A stretch of DNA of 64,000 nt, from positions 1 through 64,000 of the forward strand of contig NW_018408307.1 of the NCBI RefSeq assembly GCF_002113885.1. Reading direction: 5' to 3'. This document shows, piece after piece, positions 38,480-52,589 of this stretch. Under the pieces are notes generated by a model. It worked only from the letters and a program-made list of their open reading frames with translations. It ran no database searches and was not told the origin of the DNA. The first letter of the stretch is position 1, and each line of letters begins with the position of its first letter. The position numbers were made by a program, and so were the translations under genes. Source of the stretch: Mizuhopecten yessoensis (taxonomy: Eukaryota).

Positions 38480-41406
38480 GAAGGGACTCTGTGTATGTAG
38501 GTACTAATTCCGTAAATACATTCCGTTTGGTATTGACACTTTTCACTGACACTTTGAAATCACCTAGGCCGATTTTACCTGTTGTTTTTCATCATATCAA
38601 ACTTTATCTGTTCTACCTGAAATCCTTCACATATTGATATATACCTGAAGGAGAGTACAGGTATGTTCTACATTCACAGGTATATCAACAAAATCAATAT
38701 TATACCTTCTACAGGTAAGTTATCAGGCTCCAGAGATCTGAATAACGTGAGTGTATAACGGAGGTCAGATACCAAACGATGTACCAATACATGTGTATAT
38801 ATATATATATATCTATATAATGACAACTAAAGAACACATCCGCATTCAATTAAATATTTGTGGTGACACAATTAAGGTTGATCGCATGTAAAAACCACAC
38901 AGGCTAAACACAGATAATAAAAATACATACAAATGTAAAAGGATCAAATAACTGTCAGATCTCTTCAAAATAAACCCTGTAAAATATAACTTATAGCCTC
39001 ATTCTGTCCATCAGATGTCTACATTAGATAGCTGGTTTGTACTTAGTTAACTTCATATTCTCCATAGATAAAACACATACAATCTGTAGAAGACAATGTG
39101 TCAATATATCATTGACAAATGTCTGACCTTTTCACCTTCAAAACTCTGAAACAATAGCACACACCACCCAAGCCAACATTTTGGCACGAATCCTTCGTAG
39201 ACATTTACAATATTATCGATCAATGTTTTAACAGTACAAATTGATTCTGGAGGAATTTAGCAAATTCTTATCTTTACTTCCGTGATCTGTGTGTAGCCTA
39301 GACTTGTACAGACATTCCCAGTCAAGCCTTTATAATTATATTATGTTATTCTACCCACAATATTTGAGATTCTTTAAAATGTGAAGAATTTTGATACATT
39401 TTATTAACAGCCTAAGGCTTAGCACTCTCACCTTATTACATCAATATCGGTGTAACGCTATAACTTTAAACTGCTGACGTGTTACAAAATGATTTTCAAA
39501 TGGAATTTATAAAATTCTATGTGTATTAAGGATGTGTAAGGTATGCTGATTATTTGATTTCACACCTGAAAAATCACTGCATTATCGTGGAAAGTCCCCG
39601 AGCTACAGACAGGAGCAGAAGACAATAAAACTATAAAGATACTACACAGATACACATGTCACGATCATGTTTAATGGTATCCAAGTCTCCCACAGATACC
39701 AACTTCTCCTTCAAGGCAAATACTGTGACGAACCTGGTTAGCTTATCAATAAAGCCTGCTTCCCATTCCTGTATAAATACATACTACTTCAACCATAGAA
39801 TATTACAAAATACATTTTATCAACGAAATTTCAATTTTTAAAAAGCAATATTTTAAGTTTTCCTTCTATCCTCAGCCTTGTTACGAGAACATTTTCCCGG
39901 TAGGTGCCAGGAGTCTAGGTATACGTAATGATGGGTGATCCGAGATCTATCTGTACCATTCCAGCCATACATATCACTGCCCTAAATCTGATGTCTGCCA
40001 TCACTAACACTACTACAGCAGGTGAATCCCATTTTTATAAGATACCTGTTAAAAGTTTGTAAGATTTTAAGATTGTGAATGATATGATAAGCTGTAGTAG
40101 ATGTGACCTTTATACCCTATCCCCCCCCCCTTATGTTGTCATAGAAGATGCTTTACCTCTTTGATAAAGGCTAAACTAACAGGGTTTATAGGGGTGAGGT
40201 TACAAAGAAACTTTCAGGAACAAATTTTAGAGGAGAGAATTTCTTGGATCGCTTCAATAATAACAATTGTTAATAAACTTAGTTGTTGATTAAAGACAAC
40301 TGAAATTATACATTAGAAAAATTATGAGATCGTGTCAAAATGCATTTTTAGCATTATGACAATCTCTGAAAACTGCAGCAATTTGATAACTTATAATATG
40401 AACCATGAAAATATAGAACTTAAGTTCAACAAATCACAAATGTCCCCATTTCATTTTTCTCACAGGTTGAGTAAGAGCCCTTATTTTGATTATACTCAAA
40501 TATATGGGTTGAAGTAGAGCCAGGTATTTAAAAAAAAATCAATTTCAAATTCTGATTGAGTACATTGTGTTTCCTATCCAATATCATTACTCAACATTCG
40601 GGTTTAACATAGTATCTTTGAAATAAATTCAAAACATCAATCATGCTTGAAATGAGGACGGAGACCTTGAGACGAGGACTGAAAATGTGAAGAATGCTGA
40701 CCCATTTATTGACAATTGAGTGTCCTACAAAGGAGATCGTTTTGTACAGTTATCTGCAGACTTCTCCGCTGAGAAATACCAATCAATGAAAATCGGAGTC
40801 CCTGACGCCACCACAAAGCGTCCCTGTGTTAGTGACACATATGAGTGTATTATTGAGGTCCCATGACCAGGTTATCTCACATAAAGCTGCCAACTCAGGA
40901 CAGCTGACGACATCCGACAAACTGTGAAGTGTCAATTATTGACAGATTCAGATTAAAAGAATTGGTGTTACCTTAATACCTAACCAGTAAATTATTAGGG
41001 GTGTATGTTCCTATGTTTAACACAGAAAGCAAAACTCCTCCGTCTGTTCATGCTCAACAAGCAATAACTGCCTAAACTGGATCATAAAAGTTTTGATTTG
41101 TAAATTTTGTCGATCAGGTAATACCAATTATTTGATGACTAAAAGTCTTGGTATGTATATACACAATGTATGTATGTAATAAAAGCACAATTTTACCTTG
41201 TATTACCTCTAAACTCTTTATCATATGTTAAGTCAGAGGTTCATTTACATACAACATTACTTAACTGTTACTATTAGAAAATTCTCGCCTGCTGCCTATT
41301 TAAATGTGCTCAGATGAAATCAAATAATACAAAACTCAGTTTTATAAGAACATGAGGAAGCTTACGTATATAAGCTTAGTTTAAACTGATAAATTTCATT
41401 TTGTCT

Positions 41407-41529
41407 ATTTGTATTTATATTGCTACCATCCGTACTGAACTTATCATATTTGGTAGTATACTATAGAATTGATTGTATTTGTATTTATATTGCTACCATC
41501 CGTACCGAACTTATCCTATTTGGTAGTAT
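41407..41529. repeat. Local two-copy duplication (~69-bp period)
   Basis: tatttgtatttatattgctaccatccgtac.gaacttatc.tatttggtagtat occurs twice. Confidence 0.85.
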
Positions 41530-43686
41530 TTGATTGTAACCTATTATAATGTTTTCAGATAGGAACTCATATGCACATTACAGCTTGTTTTCATTAATGA
41601 TATGCAGTAGTGGGGCCAGGTCAACGAGTAATTTGATTGGTCAACAGATTCAAGCTAAGCATCTTCATTGTTTGAGCTGGCACTGTTTGGTTAGCTTGGG
41701 ATTTATCAATGGTGTCCACCACCATCCCCTGCCTCCATCCGACTTCTGTTCAGCAGTGGTAATACATCATATTAAATTTGTACTCATGTCAATGGATTAA
41801 TAATGCTATCTCTTTGCTATATGTCGGATGAGGGCATGAGTATATAAGATATAGTTATTCTCAATTGTCAGTTTGATATTACTTGTTATATTTGGGTAAC
41901 TCAGCTACTAGGTTAGGTTTATCTCATGATCAGCAGACTATTCATTCAAAATTAGGACTTTTCATTCAAAACATTATTGTTAATAGTTTCTAATTTCTCA
42001 TTTCATCCCCCAAATTATTATAGGTAGAAATTGGTTCAATTCATCAGTATCCTAATTCTCGTAGCTGGTGTATCCTTCTAGGTACAGAAGCAGAGGATTA
42101 GGGATATTAACTGTATTTTGTCTAAAAAAAACCTTTCATCTTAAACCCTAATTCAGGATATTACATGTAGCTCATCAAGCTGCAACAAACGAGGTTTAGG
42201 TATTTTGTTTTGGAAATAGAAGTACAGTAATAGAAATTTACAATCGTCACACTACGTACTATTCCTTATTCGGACCTGGTAGCTCATCAAGCTGCACCGA
42301 GATGAGGAATAGTGTAATACGGGATGATCATCTATCTATATATCTGTATAACCATACTGACACCTATTCCTCATCCGGACCTGGTAGCTCAGTAAGCTAC
42401 ACCATGATGGGGTATAGCTCACACAATATACGTGATGTCCAGTTATTATCCTCTTCTGTCATACTAATCAGTAGCTCTAGCCAAGTACTGTTTTAACACT
42501 GCATTGTTGAGGAATTTTAACTGGACACTTCATGCTATCCTTCTTCTGGAGAATTGTTCTTTCCATTAATTCTTTAAAAATCTCAATTTGCTGACAAATC
42601 CAGAAGAAGGATATTTAGTTTATTTTGTAGTAACTGAGTTGCCCCTTTCGCCAAATATAGTTATGTAGTTTGTTATATGAATGTATATATGTTTTTACAT
42701 ATTTGTCATATAATCATGTTGTCATGTGTTATGTAATAAATGTATATATTGTAACTTTTATATTCTTGTAATTTGTTCAGTTTAAATGTATGTGTTGACA
42801 TTTCTGACCACAGATAAGCCCACCCTGAAATCTCCAGTAATCTCTGTCATCCATCTAGATTGCCTGGTACATAAGTATGATGGCCTAGATAGACTAGCTT
42901 AAGTTATTTCTGTATCTTATTTAACTCTCTAGTTGTTATCGGCGCTGAGTAAAATTTTATCTCAGCTCTTTCTACTATAAGTTGGTTGTTTGTACATGGT
43001 TAAATGTCTTATCAACAGCTAAGGTCATTTAAGGACATATTTTTCGTAAGAAACAGAACTTTGAAAAAACACTTATGTATACAACAAGAATTAATTTTAT
43101 GATTTTAAAACCTCTACAATCCAATGATTTTACAGTTATATGATTTCACAGATAAAAATGGCCTAATACTAGGTCCAAGTTTCACCCCACAAGCAGATGA
43201 CTGGCAGTCCCTCGTTAATCTTAGTGACTGTCTAAGTTCATTCTGGTGATTGCTTAGCCATACTAAAATTGAAGTTTTCCTGTATTGTAATGATGAGGAC
43301 ATTCCATGCATGACACCAAATACTTTATGTCACCTCGTGTGATTAGTCGGCATTTTGTCAGTAATGACTTCTCTGCATGAGACTTCTAATATTGCTCCGG
43401 GTGAGCGACACAGACCTACCCTAAACCTATCCCCCATCCATAAACTGTTATAAAAATGTACTTGACATTATGAAAACTATAAAACGGCATTTATAGCCTG
43501 TCAACATGCATACAGCTTTGATAAGTTACGCTATTACGCTTTCTGACATACTTGTCACCCAGATACCCATTTTGAGGGTGAACTATTTGACCCCTTCCCT
43601 TATCCTGTATACAATGGGGATAGGGGACATATCTAATCATTACCTGCATCCTAGCCAGAAAACATTCCACACTCACTGCCCAATGT

Positions 43687-43772
43687 CCGGTGTCATGCAT
43701 AAAATGTACCTCCTGCTTAAATAGTATCCGGATACTTTTTGGTAGGGGGGTACTTTTTATGCATGACACCGG
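43687..43772. repeat. 86-bp near-perfect palindrome (foldback/MITE-like)
   Basis: ccggtgtcatgcataaaa ... agtatccggatact ... ttttatgcatgacaccgg. Confidence 0.85.
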
Positions 43773-45306
43773 GTTACAACATGAAATCACAAAACCATTT
43801 CCGATAATTAGTTCTGGCATATTTATCCAGGCCCTAAAAGAATTCCCCATATCTCAAATTTGCATACTTGTTTTATTGCCATTTAACGCCCCCCTAAAAT
43901 CACAAAATAATTAACGGTAATTAATTCTGGCATATTTTAAAGCAAATTCCACAGCTATTTGCTTGTTTATCAACTGATTTGGGTTGAGAAAAGGGTTTCA
44001 CAGCCTTACGCCTCTAAAGCATTACAAGATCATGAATAATTTGTTGTGAAAGGTGATACCGGTTGGTTTTGTCCATTACCTTGGCTGATACATAGTAAAG
44101 GGTTTTATAGGTCTCCACACAGCACTGGTGGCTATGTACTACTGGTGGATACTCTTAGACTTATAATAACATACACGAGTCCAGAATTAAAGTACAGAGG
44201 TTTTTATTCCATTAAAACAGACTGTTTTATAACGAACCTATTATTAGATTGTACTTCAACCTGAGGTGTTCAACAGATCTCACATTTCTTTTCCATGTTT
44301 TGTTGAAAACTTGCATATCATTCTAGTAAAGAGAGATGCCTGGTCCTCAGATAGAAAACATTCTAAATGCTTAAGCACTATGAACATGACCTAAAATGAA
44401 AAACATACAGCATCACATAATGTGTGTGAAAGAACCTATCTTCAGATCTCTACATCTTCAACTTTTCAAGCAAGAATCAAGCTTAGGACAGTAAACAATT
44501 CATGAGATTGAAACTTACACTATTCAAACAGCCATCAAAGTGATCTTTATTTAAAAGTCTAGCCCATGAAACTGCTAGCCATTGCCTGCTTTGACCTGAA
44601 GTAGGTGGTCACTTATGAGTAAACATGAGGACAATACCCAGCCAGCCATCAACAACACGTTAATGGCAAATTTATCTGACACTGAAACATCGCTAACTTA
44701 TACAGCAACTATTTTACACCCACATACACTGACCCACAATGTCCAAACTCATTATAGGTTAAGGCTACATAAAGGGTATAGACAATCCAGGAAAAACAAC
44801 TGGGTATGAGTCACCGAGAGGTCATCACATACAATTGGTCAAGCCCCCACAGTATCCATTATCTTCTGTTCTGGTGATTTCCTTAATAGGTACAACCATT
44901 TCCAGCTGGACATGACAGGTAGACCATGATTGTCCACCAGAGGTAAAAATGTACTGTCAGCTTACGGTTTCATTGAATCAATATTAAAATTACATTTTTT
45001 TGTAATTACATTTTATGGCTATTAGCAAAATTAGATACTTCTAATTATTACTATGAACCTCAAATGACATTACCTAATTACAAAAAAATTATTAATACAG
45101 CCAAGACAGAAATTTAAGTAAAATTCTATAGTAAGCATACAGCTTTCAATTTCTTATAAATGCATCACATCATATTTCATGTGGAAGAAATTTATGCATA
45201 AAAACCTTGATTAAAAATTGACTTGAATCTACAAAATATAGATTAAAGTAATCAGTTGTTTCACTTTTAGCCCTTCAAGCAACTAAAAATAATCTGCATT
45301 AAAGTA

Positions 45307-46548
45307 CAGTTGAACCTTGTTATCTTGAAGTCGATGGGGTCGTGGAAAAAAGTTATCCGAGTATTCAAGTTCATAAATTTGGTATGAAATTTGCTCTTCG
45401 GACATAGCACTTGCAGTTGATGATTTTATTAATAGCAAATGCATGCTTGTAATCAATCGATGAATGATATACGTAACCAAAATAACAAATACAGGTATGA
45501 CTGTATGTTATTTTACAATAAACACGCTTACAAAAATAGAGTAAGTTATTTCCAAAAAACGTACTTTCGTTTAACGCAATAAAAACGGTTGGCCCACATT
45601 GTGAATTCGTTATTAAATATGGATGGGCCTAGTTATTAAATTGTTGTTTTTGGCTAGTCTAGATCTTGGCAAAGTCTTTCCAGGTCTACTTTGTATTTGG
45701 GCCTAGTTATTAAATTGTTGTTTTTGGCTAGTCTAGATCTTGGCAAAGTCTTTCCAGGTCTACTTTGTATTTGCAAGTCTGTCAAGTTTTACTTCTGAGG
45801 TGTTGCATTTAAAAATCCAACTATCCCGCTGTCTCCTACCTCGTACTATACAATGCGGAAATGAAAATGCGCAAGTCTAAAACAAATCACTGTACTGGAG
45901 CGTACGCGTATTTGATTCTGTAAATGAAATCACACACAAAACGATTAATTAAAGCCAAATGTGAAAGCCTGACAACTCCTCAACTCGATGTAATTATCGT
46001 AGTGTACTGAAGTCTCACGATCGACTGTCAAAGCCATACTAGCTCCTGTAAAAACAGGAACCCGTCAAGCTGTCCTAGGTTGGGATTTTAACTGTGGAAC
46101 TCTTTTATGCATGACCACGCTTTGTGACCAATTTTCCGGATTGCACTGATGTCTGTTTGGGGGTACATACAGAATACTGTTGATCAACATTGATGATGAA
46201 GTTTGATTTTTATTATGAACAATGGTTATGACAGTCCGCACACTAACAGTCTGAAGCTTTATCGTAAATTCTTTTTACCGATTTTATGCGTTTTATTTGT
46301 ATCAAAGAATTAATAAGTGACAAAATGAAATTCCAACATTATGCAGTAGACGATGTTTTGATGTTGGATTTACGCTATCGAAACCAATATGATACTTCGA
46401 GGTATCCAAGTTTTTCGACTTTTTAGGGTTCAAATTATCAGAGTTTTATTTACTAAGATAAAGAAGAGGTTTGCCGGGAGCTGGAGAAAAACTTTGAGAT
46501 AAAAGGGGTCTTCGAGTTAAAAGAGTTCGAGATAACAAGGTTGGACGG
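45307..46548. mobile_element. Non-autonomous Tc1/mariner(pogo)-type DNA transposon with TA target duplication
   Basis: ta|cagttgaaccttgttatcttgaa ... ttcgagataacaaggttggacgg|ta. No transposase ORF. Internal ~74-bp duplication at 45624-45773. Confidence 0.8.
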
Positions 46549-47889
46549 TATATGAAATGTTAAAATATGAAACTGATCTGTTTGTTCCTGATCAAACGGC
46601 AAATGATGTATAATTTTACTGATAATCAGCCCGCAAATAGCCGTGATTCAGAAACAACAAAGCTTTAATTTCCCTTGTGTCTCTATGAATATTTTCTAAT
46701 CGTAAGAGATAGCTGTTTTCATTTTCCCTGTGCAGGTTTCCATAACTAATAGTGATGGCAATTTTTCCCTTTATCTAGTCAAGTGGGTTTTTATCCTGGT
46801 ATGAGTGCGAGACAATGGCTACCAGCTGACTGATCGGCTCCACATGTGTCAGTCCAGGCTTCATGAATCACGGTAAAAGTGCCATACAATTATTACAAAA
46901 AGGAAAACGTGTATCCTAATTCTATTGGATCAATATCATTATCTGTGGTACTTCTTTATCCGGACACATGTCACGTTCCACAGTTCAAGGCGATAGTATG
47001 CAAAAATATAAAACCCACACAACAACAGGTCACAAATGCAAAGAAGTATAAAATATCATCAGATTTGATACATGGCCTCTCAAACTGCAGGTCACTACAC
47101 ATAAAGAAAAACAGAAAAAATAACCTGGATTGATTTAGTGAACCTCAATGGAACTTCAAAGATAATTACCAAAAGGAAATAAAAAGCTGCTTTCTATTGG
47201 TTGTAATTGTTCATGCATTCAGTATATTAATCAATCACAGCTTCTGTAGCCTTTATCAGAATTAGAAAATTAGGTCGCAATAACAAAGGTGACTTTACAG
47301 GTCACAATGGATAATGGTCTTATCACCATGACGATATTACTTCTATGGCCTTACATAGGGTCGAGGCTAGTGACCGGTACAATGGACCATTGGTCGGTCA
47401 ATTATTTACAAATTATGGATGATATTGATCCACTGTTGCTTATCCTATTAATTATTGATCAAATATGGACAGTCACAGGGAGGTATGAAGATGTAATCAC
47501 AGTAATGTTTTTTTCTAAACTCTTTGTTAGTGATTCATCAATACATTTTTCTATTCAACTTTATGAAATGTAATGAATATTTTATCAAGAGTTTTCAAAA
47601 AAAAGTATGAATCATCTTTAAATTAACAGCAGATAGAATTGAACAGCACACAGTCACACACACACACAAATTGATTTTACCTTCAAACCAGTTTCTTCAG
47701 GATCAACAAACTTTCGACAATGGTACATTAATGTCACATTATTCCAACAGCATTAATGTATTGTAAATATTAAACAAAACCTGTGCTCATTTAAATTTAA
47801 TGTTTCCTTTCCTTGCTTATAAATGGTGTAGGATAGATTAACACCATGCAGTCTGTTAATTAAGTGAAACATTAAACAAATGTACGTAC

Positions 47890-47945
47890 CCCATTGGGGA
47901 CACCGGTTGGATCTCTCATCTCGTTCTGATGTCTTCTTCCTCGCC
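47890..47945 (-). CDS. ASPP: ASPP 56-nt exon ((G)RGRRHQNEMRDPTGVPNG)
   Basis: Acceptor tctgtcttttgtag|, donor GGG|gtacgt, open frame with phase-1 start and phase-0 end matching the next exon. Ends in NG, like the linker preceding the coiled coil in vertebrate ASPPs. Confidence 0.7.
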
Positions 47946-49768
47946 CTACAAAAGACAGAATGATGGAAACAGATGAAGAAACTCAAGTTAAACATTCACA
48001 AGTAATTGTATGAGAACTAGTTACTGAGTCATCACGATACTTTCCGTATGTGTGAGAACCTTCAGTACAGAAATAAAGGAAGTTGTTAAAATCAAGGTGT
48101 AATAACTAATCAGAGCTGTCAATACCCACCGTTATAGAGGTAAACAATACCACCTTGATAGCTGAACTTGTCTAATATAATGGTTTCGCCATAAAAAGGA
48201 AGTTGTAAAAAACAATTATTGGTCCTAAATTGTATTGGTCAGGTCATAAAAACTTACAATTTTCATAAACAATCTCTTCCCTGATATTTATAAATAGATT
48301 TTATTTTCATTCTGTGAAAAAATTGACATAAATTGAAAACTGATTTTGAAAGTAATTGAAAGTGACACTGACAGATTCAAAATGTTGATGAACTTCAGAT
48401 TGAGTCTGTGAAGGATTGAATTTATAATAACTATGCGAAAGAATGTTCTTATCTCTCCTAATTATAAGATGCAACAAATGTCCAGTGTGTTTTTTGTGTT
48501 TAAGAATAAACCTGTCCAAAAAGATTATGACAAATATACCGTAAAACGTTGGGGAATCTATATGGAGAAGCAGGACCCAGCCTGACACCATCATCTCAGT
48601 TGTTCTGACAGAAATAACTGTACAGATACCTATTTGTTACAAGTCTTATAAGATTAAGGAGGAAGTTGTAAAAAACACTAACACGGGCTGTAAATTAATA
48701 CCTGGACCATAAAAACCACAAATCTGTCAAATGTAGTGTGACCTCTCCTTCTCCTGGTTTAGTTTACCTGGCATCAGGGTCAATAAAATATGTCTCTTTC
48801 ACACAAATCTTGCAATACAACCCACTGAACAAAGAGACCAGTGATTAAGATTACACAACAAATCTCTTTGATGTTCCATGCTAAAACATCATCTGTTTAC
48901 CTATATCATGTGACCTGTAATATAATTTATTTACTACAAGACCCCCTGGCAAGATCAACAGCAAAGTCAGAATATTTCTTTATCATTTCTTAATCTTAGA
49001 AATTGATCTTGACCATAATCTGTCCCTTTCAATTGAAAACCATACTTAAGGAGTCAGTAGTGTTGACGCTGCAGGCATATTGTAAGTTTGATCCTACAAA
49101 TTTCATTGTTAAAACACTTATGATCTTTTCACCTTGAGCTACAGTAACTGGCTGTATTTAAAAGACCAATAATTTCTTTTTAAGACTTGACAGAAAGTCA
49201 ACACCTAGCTTTGAAGGGTCCTATAAAAGAATTTGGCACAGGTAAATGTAATTTCTTCTGATCGGATTTGCAGGCATGGTCAAGCAAAGTCCAGTATTAA
49301 AAACATATGAACATTGAAAGCTCAAATCTTGAATAGCTTAATCTTCACAAGTCAATTTTCCCACAAAGAAACAATGTACCAAGTACTTGAAAGTTTCCCG
49401 TCTATGCATTAGATTGTGACATGGTCATATATATTTGAATTCTTTCTCCTCGATTATCAAAGCTACAGTTAAAAGATTATTACCTGGTCTTAGCTGGAAG
49501 GGCTGTGGTGAATCACTACTCGCATGTTACTATATGTTAGCAACATATTTAAAAAAGTTACTGCAGTTTAATAATACAAAAAAAAAATATGAGAAATAAT
49601 AAAACCTGTACTGATAGAGCCTTCATAAGATGACAACCTTCTTAAAAAGGAAAGCCAGCTCTAAATCAAACTAATGTTTAGATTAGGGTCCCTCATACAC
49701 TATTGTCAGGGGACAAGAATGGGTGCATTAAGTTCCTATATAAATAGATTTTTATAATCTTTGTAATG

Positions 49769-50095
49769 TCAGGTGTTCTTTATAGACAGGTACAATGCAT
49801 CCTCTATATACAGGTATCCTTTATAGAGAAATGCCCTTCATAAAAGGTGTTCTTTGTAGATACATTGGTCCTTTATAGCATCAGTAATCCTTTACATATA
49901 CCTGTCATTGTCAGGAGGTATACCGATAGATGTGTCCTCTATAGACAGGTATCATTTATGTACAGGGTTTCTTTATAGACAGTTTTTCTTTTACAGTTAA
50001 CTGTCCTTTATAGTCATTCAATTGTAAACAGACAGCTATTCTCTATAGCCACATGCTCTTTATAATCTATCATACAAATGTCCTCTGTAGACACT
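49769..50095. repeat. Highly decayed ~21-bp repeat (caggtgtcctttatagacag-like)
   Basis: Recurrent ctttatagac / cctctata motifs. Confidence 0.6.
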
Positions 50096-50525
50096 TTTAT
50101 AAAAAATGTGGTGTAAACAATGTGATGTCATAACTCTATGTCCTGTAACACATGCTGGGTACAAAGGTTACATTAATTTATGTTTTGTTTTCTGCTGCCT
50201 ATGACTGACAGTCAATGTGTGTTACAATGACAATATGGAAGCTGGTCATGCAGACCCAACATTATACTAGTAAGGATGTGGATCTCATATATATACAAAG
50301 CACTACATTTTTTTATGACACTGACAAAATATTAAAAAAAAGAGACCTCCCTTCCCATCTTGATAATCAATACATTATTGACATAACCTTTAATTCACCT
50401 ACAGAAACAATGTACCAATGATTTTTTATATTTAAATATCAAATTTGTAACCATTTGAATCATAAACTGATTTAACACTCAAAGATCCTTTCTATCTATG
50501 GCTGTCCCTGACGTCAACAACTTAC

Positions 50526-50535
50526 CTGGTCTCAT
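50526..50535 (-). CDS. Candidate alternative first coding exon end (ATG AGA CCA G = MRP+G)
   Basis: ACCATG context, in-frame TGA upstream, consensus donor CAG|gtaagt, phase 1 matching the 47945 exon. Confidence 0.4.
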
Positions 50536-52589
50536 GGTGAGAAATAGTCACGATCGCCCCACTATTCCCAGGGATTTTACTTGGATTCAAACACAAAACA
50601 GCACACTTGAAACTGTTAAAGGAATTCCGTAACGAATCAAACACATGAATTGAAATTTCCTTCACATCTTGAATAATTGTAGAATCCCACCAAGCACACG
50701 ATGTCAAGAACTGACAAAAAATGACATTTCACAGAATATGATACTTTTCCGCTGAGATATCTTGACAATTGTAAATCCTGATTGTCGTTTAACGTGTTAA
50801 CGGCCAAATTGTTGAACTTGAAATGATTGGCGTAGAGAGAATCCGGGTCTAATCCACATGTAACAACAAAGTTGTAATGACATACCACAAATAGCCCTAG
50901 CTCAGGTAGTAAACACAGCACAGGGTCAGTGCTATGACTCACACTAACGACTTTACCTGTACCAGATCACCTGTCCAGTTTAATTTGACCTAAAAGTTAG
51001 TCAGTCAGTATAGTAGCATTGGTCAAGTTTGACCACAACAGCACCAGCATACCTGTGAATATATACAAACTGACCAGTGTGGCTGCAGTTTTATGAAGTG
51101 ACCTCTGACTAGCTCCCTACCTATACACTAGCTATAACTGAGGTACACCATCAAAGGTGTACTACCAGCTAAATGGCCTATCAGGAATTAGTCCTTTTTG
51201 TATAGATATAAGGTCCTATATGATAGCCTGTGGTCATTCCTTTGGTCATTCATAAATCAGGCCATTAACCATACAACTAATATCGGGTACAACTTCAATT
51301 TAGGTAGCTTATAGACAGAATATACAATAAAAGATTTTCTAATCCACCTAAAATCTATTGATTGCACTTAAAATGCACTTAAGAAATGCAAACAATCAAC
51401 CAAATCATATTTTTTAAAAATAGAATCAAGAACAAACAGAATCATGAACTATATTTTCAAAACAGAGTCAATATCATAGAATTAAACATGATTAAAATAT
51501 CCAACGAATGGTGTTTTCACAACGAAGTCATCATTACTGATTCCTGTGTTGTTTCAATAACGCTTCCATACAATTGCCAGTACATTTTCAAGAAAGAGTA
51601 GATCTTGTTCACAGCGATCAAATCGCTCTTGTTCACAGCGTTAAGGCTTTTATCCAATACTGCAGCCATGTAACAGTTGTGTCCAAAACACTGAAAGCTT
51701 TTGTACACAAAATTACAAAATTGCCCAACAAAGTAAAGAACACTTTCACTGTTGTTAATCAGAATATTAAAAATACTAAAAGGTAAGAATCGTTTGGTAG
51801 CTATAACAATGAGTTTGTAGTTTGAGTAAGAAGTAATGTGTGGAACAGTTAATTAATATCCCAGTAATGCACTAAAACACCTCATTGTCTACCAAGTGAT
51901 ATTCACAAATTTCCTGTAAGTGTATACGTAAGTCAGCACATTTTACAACGCACAATATATCCCAAGTAATGATGATTGTTCTCGTTACCTAATTAGGATC
52001 CAGTATAGAATCCACATGTACACATAGCCTCGTATCACTCTACCTGTATTACAGGTACGCTGTAGTGCAGAGCAAACACACCTTAACAGACAGTGCGTTT
52101 TGCATGAACAGGTGGAGCGTTACCCGACTCCAAAGGGTGCCGTGTCCATACAAGCAACCGTCAGCTTATATTATCGACCAGTGCATCTCTCAACAACCTA
52201 TGTGGTCCAATGCCCTCCTATATGGGGACGCTTGCCTTGGGGTTACCTTAGCCCTTACTGACACCCCCATTTTATGTTGGATCTACTCTAGCCATTTGCT
52301 AGATATCCAATCTGCCTTTTAAATGTGTCACATAGACAATGTTTGTGCTATTGTTCCCCTTGTTATGAACTCTCTCATTATAAATATGTCACAAATGTGA
52401 AGTTCATGCTATTTTTGCCACCTAAATCAAACCCCCACTCCTAATTGTGCATTATATGTTGTTGATACTATTGTTGCCCCTGGTTAAAACTCTTCTCTTT
52501 TGAAATAGGTTGAATATGTTAAAATGTTAATGATGGTACTATGTAAGCCCCTTATCTAAAACCACCTTTCATTTTAAATATATATGTCA

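Larger units (their letters stand above)
10925..47945 (-). other. ASPP: ASPP-family gene model (ASPP1/ASPP2-like apoptosis-stimulating protein of p53), 8 visible coding exons, 5' end unresolved
   Basis: Exons join in frame with matching phases (0,1,0,0,2,1,0). Domain order coiled coil / Pro-rich / RVxF / ankyrin / SH3 is diagnostic of ASPP proteins. Confidence 0.93.

Noticed and set aside
50522-50707. 61-aa ORF ending SHHETR as the end of the ASPP ubiquitin-like domain
   Set aside because: No real similarity to the FFLRHE region, and its phase (2) does not match the next exon.
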